Positions 19,279-29,409 of a stretch of 64,000 nt of DNA are shown piece after piece (position 1 is the stretch's first letter; each line of letters opens with the position of its first letter). The position numbers were made by a program, and so were the translations under genes. Where the stretch lies: the NCBI GenBank assembly GCA_963708255.1, contig CAVPSE010000002.1:1534799-1598798 (forward strand), read 5' to 3'. This stretch comes from an uncultured Thermoplasmata archaeon. Lineage in GTDB: Archaea; Thermoplasmatota; Thermoplasmata; Lutacidiplasmatales; UBA184. The notes beneath the pieces are model-generated. The model worked only from the letters and a program-made list of their open reading frames with translations. It made no database searches and was not told the DNA's origin.

Positions 19279-21286
19279 TCCGCTCGATCGCCTCGTAAAG
19301 GGCCTCGAGGTCGCTCGGCGCTTCGCCGCGCACTCCCTGCAGCAACGGGAACGCCTTCACGGAGGAGACCATGTGTCGCGCCGACAGCTCCCGCAGCGGG
19401 GCGAGCCGGAACGTCACGTCCTGGAGCACCTCGACATAGATCCCCCCCATCCCGAACACCACGATCGGACCGAAGCCGGGGTCGCGCTGGATCCCGAGGA
19501 TGACCTCCTTGCCGCCGACGATCATCTTCTCGATCTCGAACCCTTCGATGCGGGCCGAGGGCACCTTGGCCGAGAGGGACCGCTCCATGGCGGCCCACGC
19601 CGACCGCAACGACCGGGCGGAGTCGAGGTTGAGGGCCACTCCGCCGACGTCCGTCTTGTGGGAGATGTCCGGCGAGGCGACCTTCATCGCCACCGGGTAG
19701 CCCAGCTCGTCCGCCGCGCTGACGGCCTCGGCGACCGTCCGGACGCGCCGGGACGGGGCGAACGGGATCCCGTACGCCTTCAGCAATTCGCGGGACGAGT
19801 ACTCCGGGAGCACGGTCGCTCCCTCCGCCCGGGCCCGTGCGATGGTCCGGTCGGCCGCGGCGGTGTCGACCTTGAAGGTCCGGACCTTGGTCTTGGGGCG
19901 GGTCCACCACGCGTTGTACTTGGCGAGGCTCCCGAGCCCCTGGACCGCCTCCTCGGGGAAGGTGTAGGTCGGGACCCCCTGCTCCTCGAGCCCCCGCACC
20001 TCGTTGCTCAGGTCAGAGACACCGAACAGACAGACCGCGATCGGCTTCGCGGATCTCGCCTTGACCGAGAGGACCGCGTCGGAGACGGCCGACCCCGCCA
20101 GGGTCCCGGTCGGGGTCGCGATCACCAGCGCGCCGTTCACTTCGGGAATGTCGAGGAGAAGCTTCAGGGCATCCCGGTAGGTGTCCCCCTTGGCGTCCGC
20201 GGTCATGTCGATCGGGTTCCCGATGGCGGCCGACGGGGAGAGCAGTCGCTGGAGCGACTCGGCCGCGATCGTCGGGGGGCTCGGCAGCTCGAGCCCGGCG
20301 CGAACGCAGGCGTCGGCGGCGACGATCCCCGGGCCACCGGAGTTGGTGAGGATCGCGATCCGGGGCCCCTCGAGCCGTAGCCCGGTGGAGAACATCTTGG
20401 CCATCCGGAACAGGTCCCCGATGGTGTCAGCCCGCAGGACCCCGGCCTGCTGGAACAGGGCGTCGAACACCCGGTCCTGGCCGGCCCGTGCGAGGGAGCC
20501 CGTATGGCTCCGCGCGGCCCGCTCGCCGACGGCCGAGCGCCCGCTCTTGATCACGAGGACCGGCTTGTGCTCGGTCACTTCGCGCGCGGCCTCCAGGAAC
20601 CGGTGACCGTCGGCCAGGCTCTCCACGTACAGCAGGATGACCTGGGTGGCCGGGTCCCTCCCCAGGGAGTACAGGATGTCGTTCTCGTCGACCCCGGCGC
20701 GGTTGCCGACGCTGATGAACCTCGAGAACCCGATCCGTTCGGAGACGCCGTATCGTAGGATCCCCGAGCAGAGCGCCCCGCTCTGGGAGACGAACCCGAT
20801 GTTCCCGCGGGGCGGTAGGTCGCTGGAGAAGGTGGCGTTCAGGCTCATCGACGGGTGGGTGTTCAAAACGCCGAAGCAGTTGGGGCCGGTGACGGACATC
20901 CGGTACCGCCGGGCGATCTCCACCAGTTCCGCCTCCATGCCGACGCCCGCGCCGCCGACCTCTCGGAACCCCGAGGAGATCACCACGACGCCCTGGGTGC
21001 CCCGCTTGCCCAGGGCGCGCATGACCCCCGCGACCTGGGGGGCGGGTACGATGATCACGCCCAGGTCCGGGGTCTCGGGCAGGTCCTCGACCGTCCCATA
21101 GCACCGGACGCCGGAGACGCTCTTCCAGGAGGGGTTCACGGGGTACGTGACCCCCTGGTACCCCGCCTGCAGGATGTTGCGGAAAAGACTCGCGCCGACC
21201 GTGCCCGGCCGGTTCGACGCCCCGATCACGGCGACCGATCTGGGCACGAAAAGCTCGTCCAGGGACGCGGAGGGACCGATGGTCAT
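19067..21286 (-). CDS. acd: Acetyl-CoA synthetase (ADP-forming), fused alpha-beta
   Basis: 739-aa ORF. CoA-binding N-terminus VAVIGASNRPG, phosphohistidine loop SHTGSLA, ATP-grasp C-terminal half. Homology ends at ...AVDARVVL (about 19170) and the last 34 codons are antisense to moaE. Confidence 0.9.
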   Translation of the reverse strand: MTIGPSASLDELFVPRSVAVIGASNRPGTVGASLFRNILQAGYQGVTYPVNPSWKSVSGVRCYGTVEDLPETPDLGVIIVPAPQVAGVMRALGKRGTQGVVVISSGFREVGGAGVGMEAELVEIARRYRMSVTGPNCFGVLNTHPSMSLNATFSSDLPPRGNIGFVSQSGALCSGILRYGVSERIGFSRFISVGNRAGVDENDILYSLGRDPATQVILLYVESLADGHRFLEAAREVTEHKPVLVIKSGRSAVGERAARSHTGSLARAGQDRVFDALFQQAGVLRADTIGDLFRMAKMFSTGLRLEGPRIAILTNSGGPGIVAADACVRAGLELPSPPTIAAESLQRLLSPSAAIGNPIDMTADAKGDTYRDALKLLLDIPEVNGALVIATPTGTLAGSAVSDAVLSVKARSAKPIAVCLFGVSDLSNEVRGLEEQGVPTYTFPEEAVQGLGSLAKYNAWWTRPKTKVRTFKVDTAAADRTIARARAEGATVLPEYSSRELLKAYGIPFAPSRRVRTVAEAVSAADELGYPVAMKVASPDISHKTDVGGVALNLDSARSLRSAWAAMERSLSAKVPSARIEGFEIEKMIVGGKEVILGIQRDPGFGPIVVFGMGGIYVEVLQDVTFRLAPLRELSARHMVSSVKAFPLLQGVRGEAPSDLEALYEAIERISQLAVERPEVSELDVNPLIVRGAGQGVCAVDARVVLAPSSRSGPAASTARSGTSPRRTPRPGGARPPRR

Positions 21287-21316
21287 GATTGCCCAGGGGC
21301 GGTGAGGGCGGGCGCG

Positions 21317-21324
21317 TTATATAG
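21317..21324. promoter_or_regulatory. Shared bidirectional TATA box (TTATATAG)
   Basis: Centre lies about 25 nt upstream of ATG 21346 (plus strand) and about 34 nt upstream of the ATG at 21284-21286 (minus strand). Confidence 0.5.
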
Positions 21325-21345
21325 CGTGGGACGACTTCGAACCCG

Positions 21346-22218
21346 ATGGCAGCTCCCCCAGGGCCCCCCGGCGCCCACCCCACGTCGACCCCCCCGGGGG
21401 GCGGCGTCCCGCGGCGCCCGGCCGGAGGCGTGCTCCAGCGCATGGAAAAGGGGGCCATCGCGCACGTCGTCGCGGTCGGCTCCGGGAAGGGAGGGGTCGG
21501 AAAATCCTCCGTGACCGCCCTCCTGGCCACCGCCCTCCGACGCAAGGGGCTCGCGGTCGGGGTCCTCGACGCCGATGTGACCGGCCCATCGATCCCGAAA
21601 CTGATGGGCGTGACCGGACCGCTCTACGACAAGGGAGAGGGGATCGAACCCGCCGAGACCCGCGACGGAGTGAAGGTCGTCTCCTCCCAGTTCATGGTGG
21701 AGGATGACCAGACCCCCGTGATCTGGCGCGGTCCGCTGGTCACCCGCCTCATCCTTCAGTTCTTCGGCGGCGTGAACTGGGGGAAGCTTGACTACCTCCT
21801 CATCGACATGCCGCCCGGGACGAGCGACGTGCCGCTCACCGTGTTCCAGACGATCCCCCTCGATGGAATGGTGTTCGTCTTCCCGCCCCAGGACCTGGCA
21901 GCGCTCATCGTTCAGAAGGCGATGAACATGGCCCGGGACCTCCACGTCCCGCTGCTCGGCGTGGTGGAGAACATGGCCTACCTCAACTGCCCTCACTGCC
22001 ACGAGACCATCGAACTGTTCGGGCCCGGCCACGTCGAGAAGATCGCCAAGGAGTACGGGGTGCCGCTGCTGGCGCGTCTGCCGGTGGAGAGGAGGATCTC
22101 CGAGCTCGGCGACGCCGGGACGCTCGGGGCCTACGATGGACCCGAGCCGTCGAAGCTCGCCGACGCGCTGATCGCGGCGATCGACGAGGCCGGGAAGCGC
22201 CAGCTCACGGTGCTGTAG
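21346..22218 (+). CDS. apbC: Mrp/NBP35/ApbC-family Fe-S cluster carrier ATPase
   Basis: Deviant Walker A GSGKGGVGKS and Fe-S ligand motif CPHC. An alternative start is ATG 21442 (MEKGAIAHV). The TATA spacing favours 21346. Confidence 0.9.
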   Translation: MAAPPGPPGAHPTSTPPGGGVPRRPAGGVLQRMEKGAIAHVVAVGSGKGGVGKSSVTALLATALRRKGLAVGVLDADVTGPSIPKLMGVTGPLYDKGEGIEPAETRDGVKVVSSQFMVEDDQTPVIWRGPLVTRLILQFFGGVNWGKLDYLLIDMPPGTSDVPLTVFQTIPLDGMVFVFPPQDLAALIVQKAMNMARDLHVPLLGVVENMAYLNCPHCHETIELFGPGHVEKIAKEYGVPLLARLPVERRISELGDAGTLGAYDGPEPSKLADALIAAIDEAGKRQLTVL

Positions 22219-22918
22219 GCGCCGCGGGCTTGGTCAGCTGTCCGAACGAGATCCGCTCCACCGGGATCCCCCGTCGGTTCAGGGCCGCGGCAAGGCCGGG
22301 CATGTGGGCGTCCCCCACGATGGCCGCCACCCGTCCGAAGCCGCGGCGGCGGGCCTCGGCCAACCGGTCCGCCATGTGCTCGTTCCGGTCATCGAGCAGC
22401 ACCCGCGCCACGGTCGGGTAGGACGAGCGCACCTGCTCTAGGAACGGCTCGGGGGCCTCGCTGTACTGCTCGAGCTGGTGCTCGACCACGCGGCTGGGGA
22501 TCACGAGGCCGACGATCCCGCCAAGCAGCAGCGACGCGCGTTCCTTGAACGACATGGATCGCAGCAGCCGACCGATCGTCTCACGGATCGGATCGTCGAT
22601 CAGGAGGAGGGTGAGGTGACGCTCCTTGGCGACCTGGGCCGCGACCCGCATCTCGGCCCCGGGCGTCCCGCCTCCGATGTCCGCCCCGAGTCGCCGCTGG
22701 AGGCGGGCCCAGAGGGCCAGGAAGATCGGGGCCCCCTCCGCCCTCCCGGCGGGTTCGGCTCCCGGCGCCAGCAACGCGCGCGCTCGCTCCTCGTCGAGCT
22801 CGAGCGCGACCGCGTCGAGGACCCGTTCCCCGAGCACCCGCCGTAGGTCCGCGGCGAGGTCCACCACGTGGGCCGAGCCGATGAGGAGAACGGGCGCTTC
22901 CGTCGTGCTGGTGAACAC
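22205..22918 (-). CDS. TraB/PrgY/GumN-family protein
   Basis: 3' part of ORF 22205..23719. LLIGSAHVV...VALELDEER...GAEM...IDD...RNEHMA...IVGDAHMPG. GTG start at 22916-22918. Confidence 0.7.
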   Translation of the reverse strand: MFTSTTEAPVLLIGSAHVVDLAADLRRVLGERVLDAVALELDEERARALLAPGAEPAGRAEGAPIFLALWARLQRRLGADIGGGTPGAEMRVAAQVAKERHLTLLLIDDPIRETIGRLLRSMSFKERASLLLGGIVGLVIPSRVVEHQLEQYSEAPEPFLEQVRSSYPTVARVLLDDRNEHMADRLAEARRRGFGRVAAIVGDAHMPGLAAALNRRGIPVERISFGQLTKPAAPTAP

Positions 22919-22996
22919 GCCGGGGGGACCGTCCCACTCGGTATGAGGTTGCCCGAACCTCCCAAGGGCTATCGGGCCGGCCCGCCTCGCACCGCC

Positions 22997-24098
22997 ATGG
23001 TCGACTTCCCGGGACCGCAGGTCCCGAACCCTCCCGTTGGACGGACCCGCCATCCGTACTTCATGCACGAGATGATCCGTCGCCAGGCCGTGGCGGCCCG
23101 CGCCACCCGTCGTGCGGTCCGTGACCTCCTCGCCAGCGAGCCGATCACCCCACCCGACCGCCGCCTGCTCTGCGTCGGACTGGGGACCTCGTTCCACGCG
23201 GCCCTGGCGACCGCCGAGGCCGCCTCCCGGATGTGGGGCGACGCAAAGGACGTGGTCGCGAGGACCTCCTTCGACCTGCTGGAGGATCCGCAGCTCGCCG
23301 CTCCCGGTACGACGGCCCTCGTCTTCTCCGCCTCCGGCGAGACGGCCCTGACCATCGACGCCCAGAAACTGCTGGCCGCCCGGGGCGTCCCGCAGGTCCT
23401 GATCACCACCGAGCCGGTCTCGACCTCTCGAAGCCTCGCGACCCGGGTCCTCGCCTCGGAGTACGCCCAGGAGGCGGCCTGGACCCACACGGTCAGCTTC
23501 ACCGCGGACCTGGTGGCGGCCTGGACGCTGCTCGAACACTGGGTCCCGAGGACGGAGCGTTCCCCCGCTCACCGAGGACGAGATGGCCGATCGGATCACC
23601 GACTCGCTCGCGACCGAGCCCGCGATCGTCGACCTGGTGGACCGGTTCGCGCCGCAGGAGCGGATCCTCCTGGTCGGGTCCGGTGCCGCCGACGCCAGCG
23701 CCCGGGAGGCGGCGCTCAAGCTCCGGGAAGGCGCGGGTCGGTTCTGCGCCGTCGTGGGGGTCGAAGAGCTCCTTCACGGCGTCCTACCGTCCCTCAACGA
23801 CACCGCCGCGGTCCTCGCCATCACCAGCACGCCCCTCCAACGGGCTCGGGCCCTCACGGGGCTCGACGCCGCACGCAAGCTCGGGGCCCGGGTCCTCCTC
23901 GTGGACTCCTCCGGGGGACCCGAAGGCCCTGACGTCGTTCGGGTCCCGATGACCGATCCCCCGATCCCGGCGATCCTTCAGGTGATCCCGTTCCAGCTCC
24001 TCGCGTACTGGATCGCGACCTCGGAAGGCCGCAACCCGGACGTCATGGGCCTCGACGATCCGAAGGTCTTCGAGGCCCGCTCCGGCTTCGGGATCTAG
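22997..24098 (+). CDS. Two-SIS-domain sugar-phosphate isomerase/deaminase (GlmS isomerase-domain-like), frame interrupted
   Basis: ORFs 22868..23932 and 23583..24098. CVGLGTSFHAA...VFSASGET then LLVGSGAADASAREAALKLRE...PFQLLAYWIA. Frame break near 23555. Confidence 0.75.
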
Positions 24099-24142
24099 GG
24101 TCGGACAGAAACTCTCAAGTGGCCCGGCCGGTCCGGCCGTCG

Positions 24143-24443
24143 ATGGCCTGGACCCTGTTCACCGTACCTGTCCTCCAAGAAGGCGGAGCTTGACGCGGCG
24201 TTGGCCGACGATCAGGTCTCCCGCCAGAGCCAGAAGATCCGCGACGCCGCCTCGTTGGGCGGGCCCTCGGGTAGCCTCTACGTGCTCGTCGAGGGGTCCG
24301 AGGAAGCGGTGCACAAGGCGGAGGAGCTCCTCGCGAAGGTCGGGGAGAAGATGCCTGCCCCGGACGGCCTCGCCCTCCACCAGCGCCTGAAGGACGACGA
24401 CGAGGCCGCCGCCGCCGGCATGGGACTGTTCTTCACCGAGTAG
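24143..24443 (+). CDS. Hypothetical small acidic protein
   Basis: ORF 24201..24443 has no ATG/GTG in the open frame upstream. ATG 24143 in a neighbouring frame would join it through one indel near 24170. Confidence 0.3.
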
Positions 24444-24539
24444 GCCGCGGCCGGCGCCGCCCATCCTACGGGACCTGTAGTAGGTAGGGACGGGTCCGGA
24501 CCGGGCGCCCATATACCGGTGGGGACCTCGTCGGCTCGA

Positions 24540-25737
24540 ATGGCGACTCCCGCCGCACCCCCGTCCCACTCCATCCTCTCCATCCTGACCCTCCAGCAGA
24601 GCCGGGCCATCCTACGTTCCCCGGCCGCCGGGCCCTCTCGATCTCGGTCGGATTCGTCTACGGGTTCGTCTCCCTTCTGGTCGGCCAGATGCTGGTGTTC
24701 GGCCCGACCGGCCAGACCCAGGTCACGGTCCAGCTGATCACGGCCTCCTCGTCGACCGCCTGGTGGAACTACCCGGCCCTCCTCGTCCTCGCGCCGGGGG
24801 GCTGATCGCGCTCCCGTTCCTCCCGGCCATCACGATGGTGATCGTCTCGATCGGGGTGGGTCTTGGCATGGCCGTGGGCGTGGTCCTGGCGTACCGCCTC
24901 CTCCGAATGCGCCGGACCTCCTCCACCGCCCCGACGCTCGCCTCCTCGGCCGCGGGGCTCACCCCGGCGATGCTCGCCCTGGTGACCCTGGGGGCGTGCT
25001 GCTCGACGACGGCCGCGGCCACGGCCGGGCTGGGGGCCGTGGCGCAGGCGAGCGGACAGAGCCTCTCGACGGTGTTCCTGAACGAGTGGTACCTCGGGTT
25101 CTTCCAGATCGCCGTCCTCGGCGTGGCGCTGGTCGCCCAGGAGCAGCTCGTGGTCGTCTACGGCAGCGTGGCCGGGGACGCGCAGGCCGCCGTCGCCGCT
25201 CCGACGATCGATCGGCGGTCGGTCGGGACCGCCCTCCTCCGGGTCGGGCTCCTGGCCGGCGGGGTCACCTGGCTGCTCGCGGGGATCCTGGAGCTCGCCG
25301 TGCCCCCGGTCGGCTCGGTGCCCGCCGTGCTCGTTATCCAGGTCCTTCTTCAGCACCTGCTCGCGGGGGGGCTCGCGGTCCTGGCCGGGCTGTTCGGTCC
25401 GCGACTCGTCGGCTGGTTCAGCGGCCCGGTCACCGTGCCGCGCCTGCTCCCCCGGATCGCCGTGGCGGCGGCCGGGGTCACCATGGTCCTGGGGGCGCCG
25501 CCCCCGCTCTCCGGCTGGGGACTCTACGGGTTCGTGAACGAGCTTCTGGGGAGGGAGGGGGTCGCCGCCTCGTTGGGCGGCGTTCCTCCTCCGTTCACGG
25601 GCCTCGCCCTCGGCCTCCGATGGGCCTTCCAGCTCCTGTTGGTGGGGGCGTTCGCTCTGGCAATCGCCTTCGCCCCCCGGAACGCCGTCGCGGCGGACGA
25701 GCCTCGGCGGCTCGCGGTGCCGGCGAACGGGTCCTAG
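24540..25737 (+). CDS. Hypothetical polytopic membrane protein, frame interrupted twice
   Basis: Hydrophobic pieces lie in three frames (24540-24634, 24635-24802, ORF 24763..25737). The second break is in the G6 run at 24796-24801. ATG 24540 is about 28 nt downstream of CATATACC (24509-24516). Confidence 0.5.
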
Positions 25738-25747
25738 GTCCCGGACC

Positions 25748-26654
25748 TCAGACCGCCGACGACGCGGTGCCGGTCGTGGACCCTGGGAGGGGACCTCCGA
25801 GGGGAACGACCGGGGAGCGAAGCCCGCGTCGTACGAGCACCCACCCCTCCGCGAGCATCACGCCCACCGAGGCGAGCCCGTACGGGAGCGCGTTCGCACC
25901 GAGGCCCGGCAGGGCGAAGGAGACGACCTCGGCGCCGGCCATCGCCACGAAGGCGACGGCGACCGCCGCGCCCACCGCTCCTTCGGTCGCGGAGAGGCGA
26001 GTCCCGCGCGTCCGGAGCGCGAGCAGCAGGAGAACAGCCGTCATGACGGCCGCCATCGCGACGGCGCCGGCGATCGGGGAACCCAGCAGGATGGGGCCGA
26101 CCACGAGGGTGGCCGCGAGCCCGCCGAACGCGCGCCTCTCGAACGGGGTGACCGGTACGAGCACCAGGAGGACCGCCATCGTCGACAGCATCGGTCCGGC
26201 GAACCAGACCGCGTTGAGCGCGGTGCCGAGGAGGCCCGCCAGGTCGCCGGAGTACCCGGTACTGGGCCACGGCGAACGAGACGGACATGAACAGCTCGTT
26301 CGCTACCAGCGCCCCGGCCACCAGAAGTGCCCATCTCGTGCTACCGGGGGCGATCGATCTTTCCTCGGCCCGGAACAGCGCGGCCATCATCCAGACGAAC
26401 GGAGCGGGCATCGGGAGGGACATCAACGTCAGGACCGTGTAGTACGAGGTGAGGTCCGGGGCCAAGAGCGCCCAGGGAAGGACGATCCAGAAGATGCTGG
26501 ACGCCACGAGGATGTAACCGACCACGATCGCCCGGGCGAGGTTCGGGGGACCGCCCGACCGGGGCACCAGCCGGGCGAGGACGTACAGATTGATCCCGCT
26601 CATGGAGGCGGCGGCGAGGAAAAAGACCAGGTAGAGCCCGCCGAGCGACGACAT
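25748..26654 (-). CDS. Hypothetical polytopic membrane protein, frame interrupted
   Basis: The N-terminal roughly 135 aa of ORF 25734..26654 and ORF 25748..26191 are both TM-rich and join near 26240. Confidence 0.5.
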
Positions 26655-26723
26655 CCGGGTCCCCGTCGGGCGGGACCCTCCGCGCAGTACATATCGCGCG
26701 GGTACGAACCCCGCGGGACCGTC

Positions 26724-27527
26724 CTACTCGTCCTCGGGGGCGTCGGGCGCGGCGTGGGACGGCTCCAGGTCCTCGTCGCTGCCGAAGTTGCGCTGGACGG
26801 CCCGGTAGAGGCCCTCGAGGCCGCTGCCTTCCTGCGCGGAGGTGGGCAGCAGCGTCGTGAGGGGGGAGAGGGAGGCGAGGGCCCGGAGGACCTCCGCCGA
26901 GAGTTGGATGTCCGGGGTCGGGGTCTCCGACTGGACGGTGTCCGCAAGCCGCTCGAGGTCGTCGCCCCACCCGACCACTTCCTCGAGCTGTTCCGGCGTC
27001 AGGATGTCGGTCTTGCTCAGCACGTTAAGGGTCGGCAGGCGGAATCGGAACTCCACCGTGGCGGAGAGCATCATCAGGGAGACGAACCCGGTGGCGGACT
27101 TCGCGAGCGCCGGATCGAACAGGAACGCGACGGTCGACCGGTCGCCGCTGAGGGCGTCGACGATCGCCTTCGAAGACTCCCGGAAGGCGAACAGCTCCAC
27201 CTGGCCGGGGGTGTCCACGAGGACGTAGTCGGTCTTCAGCTCGGCGATCGCCTGCTTGATCTCGAAGACCTTGAGGGCGATGAGGTCAGCCGCGGCGACC
27301 TGGGCGCCGTTGGGTCCGAGGCCGTACTGGTCCATGACGTCATCGAGGCGGACCCACTCTCGAACATCGACGTCGGCCTCCAACGTCTCGGACTCGTTCC
27401 CCGGGTCGAGATTCACCGTGATGGAGTCGTAGCCGGCGGTCTTCATCCAGCCGGCGAACGCTCGGACCAGCCGGCTCTTGCCGGCGCCGGCCGTGCCGGT
27501 GAAGTAGAGGGTCCCCGGCTCTTCCAT
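26724..27527 (-). CDS. GPN-loop GTPase
   Basis: P-loop GTAGAGKS, diagnostic GPNG loop, DTPGQ and SKTD motifs. Confidence 0.9.
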   Translation of the reverse strand: MEEPGTLYFTGTAGAGKSRLVRAFAGWMKTAGYDSITVNLDPGNESETLEADVDVREWVRLDDVMDQYGLGPNGAQVAAADLIALKVFEIKQAIAELKTDYVLVDTPGQVELFAFRESSKAIVDALSGDRSTVAFLFDPALAKSATGFVSLMMLSATVEFRFRLPTLNVLSKTDILTPEQLEEVVGWGDDLERLADTVQSETPTPDIQLSAEVLRALASLSPLTTLLPTSAQEGSGLEGLYRAVQRNFGSDEDLEPSHAAPDAPEDE

Positions 27528-27830
27528 CTAGACCTTCCGGGCCGCCGCCGGCCGACGACGGGTGATCTCCCGGGCCAGGTCGGCGAGGAACTTCGTCTTG
27601 GGGGTGCCGGCCCGTTTCGCGACCTTGACGCGCCCGGCGAACGCGTGGGCCCGCGGAGGGTAGTGCTTCTCGGCCTCGGCCGTCGCCTTGAACCCGAGGG
27701 CCGACGCGGCGGCCACGATCTCCTCGAGGGTCACCGAGGACGGGGCCCCCTCGGCGGGGACACGTCGGCCGTCCGCCCGGGGGATCGAGCGGTCCACGTA
27801 CTCGGGGTAGACGTAGAAGTGATCGGGCAT
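27528..27830 (-). CDS. srp19: Signal recognition particle protein SRP19
   Basis: 100 aa. YPEYVD...R..GRRVP...LEEI...LGF...KHYP...GRVKV matches the archaeal SRP19 pattern. Confidence 0.85.
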   Translation of the reverse strand: MPDHFYVYPEYVDRSIPRADGRRVPAEGAPSSVTLEEIVAAASALGFKATAEAEKHYPPRAHAFAGRVKVAKRAGTPKTKFLADLAREITRRRPAAARKV

Positions 27831-27850
27831 CCCCGCGCTCCGCGGGACGC

Positions 27851-28246
27851 CTACGCGGCGCCGGCCTTGGCCACGCGGACGCCGTTCAGAACGCCGTCCT
27901 GGCCGGGGCGGGAGCGGACCTGGACCAGCCCCAGGTCGGTCTCGACGATGGCGCCCTTGGTGATGATGTTCCGCTGGACGTAGTTCGCGTTCGCGGGGTT
28001 CTCCCGGACCGTGACGATCTTGGCGACCTTCATCGTCTTGGTGGCCGGGTCGAACACGTTGATCGAGCTCGCCGTGAGGACCCGGAGCTTGGTGTTCGCG
28101 CCGCGAACGCGGTAGGTCTTGACCTTGCCCGCTCCGACGCTCGCCTGCTGGAGTTCTCGAGCGATCTCGAACCGGCGCTTCTTGCGGATCGGCCGAAGCC
28201 GTCCGCCCGTGGGCTTGCGGCGTGAACGGCCTTGCCAGATCCCCAT
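27851..28246 (-). CDS. rps8e: 30S ribosomal protein S8e
   Basis: MGIWQGRSRRKPTGGRLRPIRKKRRFE...VRVRGANTKLRVL...NANYVQRNIITKGA at the 3' end of ORF 27851..29302. ATG at 28244-28246. Confidence 0.9.
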   Translation of the reverse strand: MGIWQGRSRRKPTGGRLRPIRKKRRFEIARELQQASVGAGKVKTYRVRGANTKLRVLTASSINVFDPATKTMKVAKIVTVRENPANANYVQRNIITKGAIVETDLGLVQVRSRPGQDGVLNGVRVAKAGAA

Positions 28247-28305
28247 GGTGCCGGAGCGGAGGGCTCGGAGCGGGGTGCGGTATTTGACGTTTGTCGAAAG
28301 GCGGC

Positions 28306-29409
28306 TCAGCGCCGGCCGACGACGAGGACCGACTTCATCGAACCGCCGGGCGCCGGGCCGAGCAGACGCTCCGCTTGGTCGATCGGGGCCCGCTCCGTGA
28401 TCAGGCCTTCGAGGGCGTCCCCCCAGCGACGCCGGAACTGGGTAAAGTGCCGCCGCCCCCGCTCGAAGTAGCGGCGGTTGGCGTTCACGGACCCCACGAT
28501 CGCCTGGTTCCCGAGCACCAGGTTCCGAAGCATCGTGCCGGTGTCCGTCGGGGGTGCGCTCCCGCGACCCGCCGCCGGGATCCCCGTGAGCACCAGGACC
28601 CCGTTGGGTCCGAGCGTCCCGACGAGGTCGAAGTCGAGCCCCGGGTTTCCCGTGGCCTCCACCACGAGTTCGAAGCGGGTCCCCCCGAGGCTCCCGATGC
28701 CGCCGCTGGCGTCCACGTGGGTGGCGCCGATCCGTTGTAGGAGCGACCCGGCCGCCGTGTCCGAGGAGTGCCGGTCGATCGCGGTGACCTCGTACCCCTC
28801 CGACCGGAGCAGGAAGGCGGCCAGCATCCCGATCGCACCGGTGCCGGCCACGAGGGCCCGCGGGGGCGTGGTCGGAGCGTGGCCCGGGGTCCGGCCCCGG
28901 CGTGCCAGGACCTCCTGGCCCTCGTAGACCGCCTTCTCGACGACGCTCATCGGCTCCAGGAGGACCGCCACCCGCCGCAGCGCCGAGGGGATCCGAACGA
29001 GGTACTCCGGGACCTCCGTGTACCGCTCGGCGAAGTATCCGTCGCGGCCCCGGATCCCGCGCTCGGTGAACTTGCCGGTCTCGCAGAAGTCGGACTGGTT
29101 GGTGAGGCAGAACCGGCATATCCCGCAGCCGCGGCGCACGGTAGCGACCACGTAGTCCCCCGGGGACCAGCCCGACACGGCGGCCCCGACGGTCTCGACG
29201 ACCCCGAAGTTCTCGTGGCCCAGGACCAGCTGGCCGGACCCGGCCGGTGGAGTCCCGTACAGCCCCTGGGCGATGTCGCGGTCGGTGCCGCAGACCCCGC
29301 ACTCCAGGACCCGGACCCCGACCTCACCGTCGGCGGGGGAGGGTGGAGGGACCTCGGTGAGATGGGCGCCGGGGGTCGGCGGGGAGACCACGACCGCTCG
29401 CATGGCCAT
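28306..29409 (-). CDS. Zn-dependent medium-chain dehydrogenase, glucose 1-dehydrogenase-like
   Basis: CGVCGTDRD catalytic-Zn motif, GHE, structural-Zn cysteines CGICRFC...C, and GTGAIG NAD(P) fold. Resembles archaeal glucose dehydrogenases of the non-phosphorylative Entner-Doudoroff route. Confidence 0.7.
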   Translation of the reverse strand: MAMRAVVVSPPTPGAHLTEVPPPSPADGEVGVRVLECGVCGTDRDIAQGLYGTPPAGSGQLVLGHENFGVVETVGAAVSGWSPGDYVVATVRRGCGICRFCLTNQSDFCETGKFTERGIRGRDGYFAERYTEVPEYLVRIPSALRRVAVLLEPMSVVEKAVYEGQEVLARRGRTPGHAPTTPPRALVAGTGAIGMLAAFLLRSEGYEVTAIDRHSSDTAAGSLLQRIGATHVDASGGIGSLGGTRFELVVEATGNPGLDFDLVGTLGPNGVLVLTGIPAAGRGSAPPTDTGTMLRNLVLGNQAIVGSVNANRRYFERGRRHFTQFRRRWGDALEGLITERAPIDQAERLLGPAPGGSMKSVLVVGRR

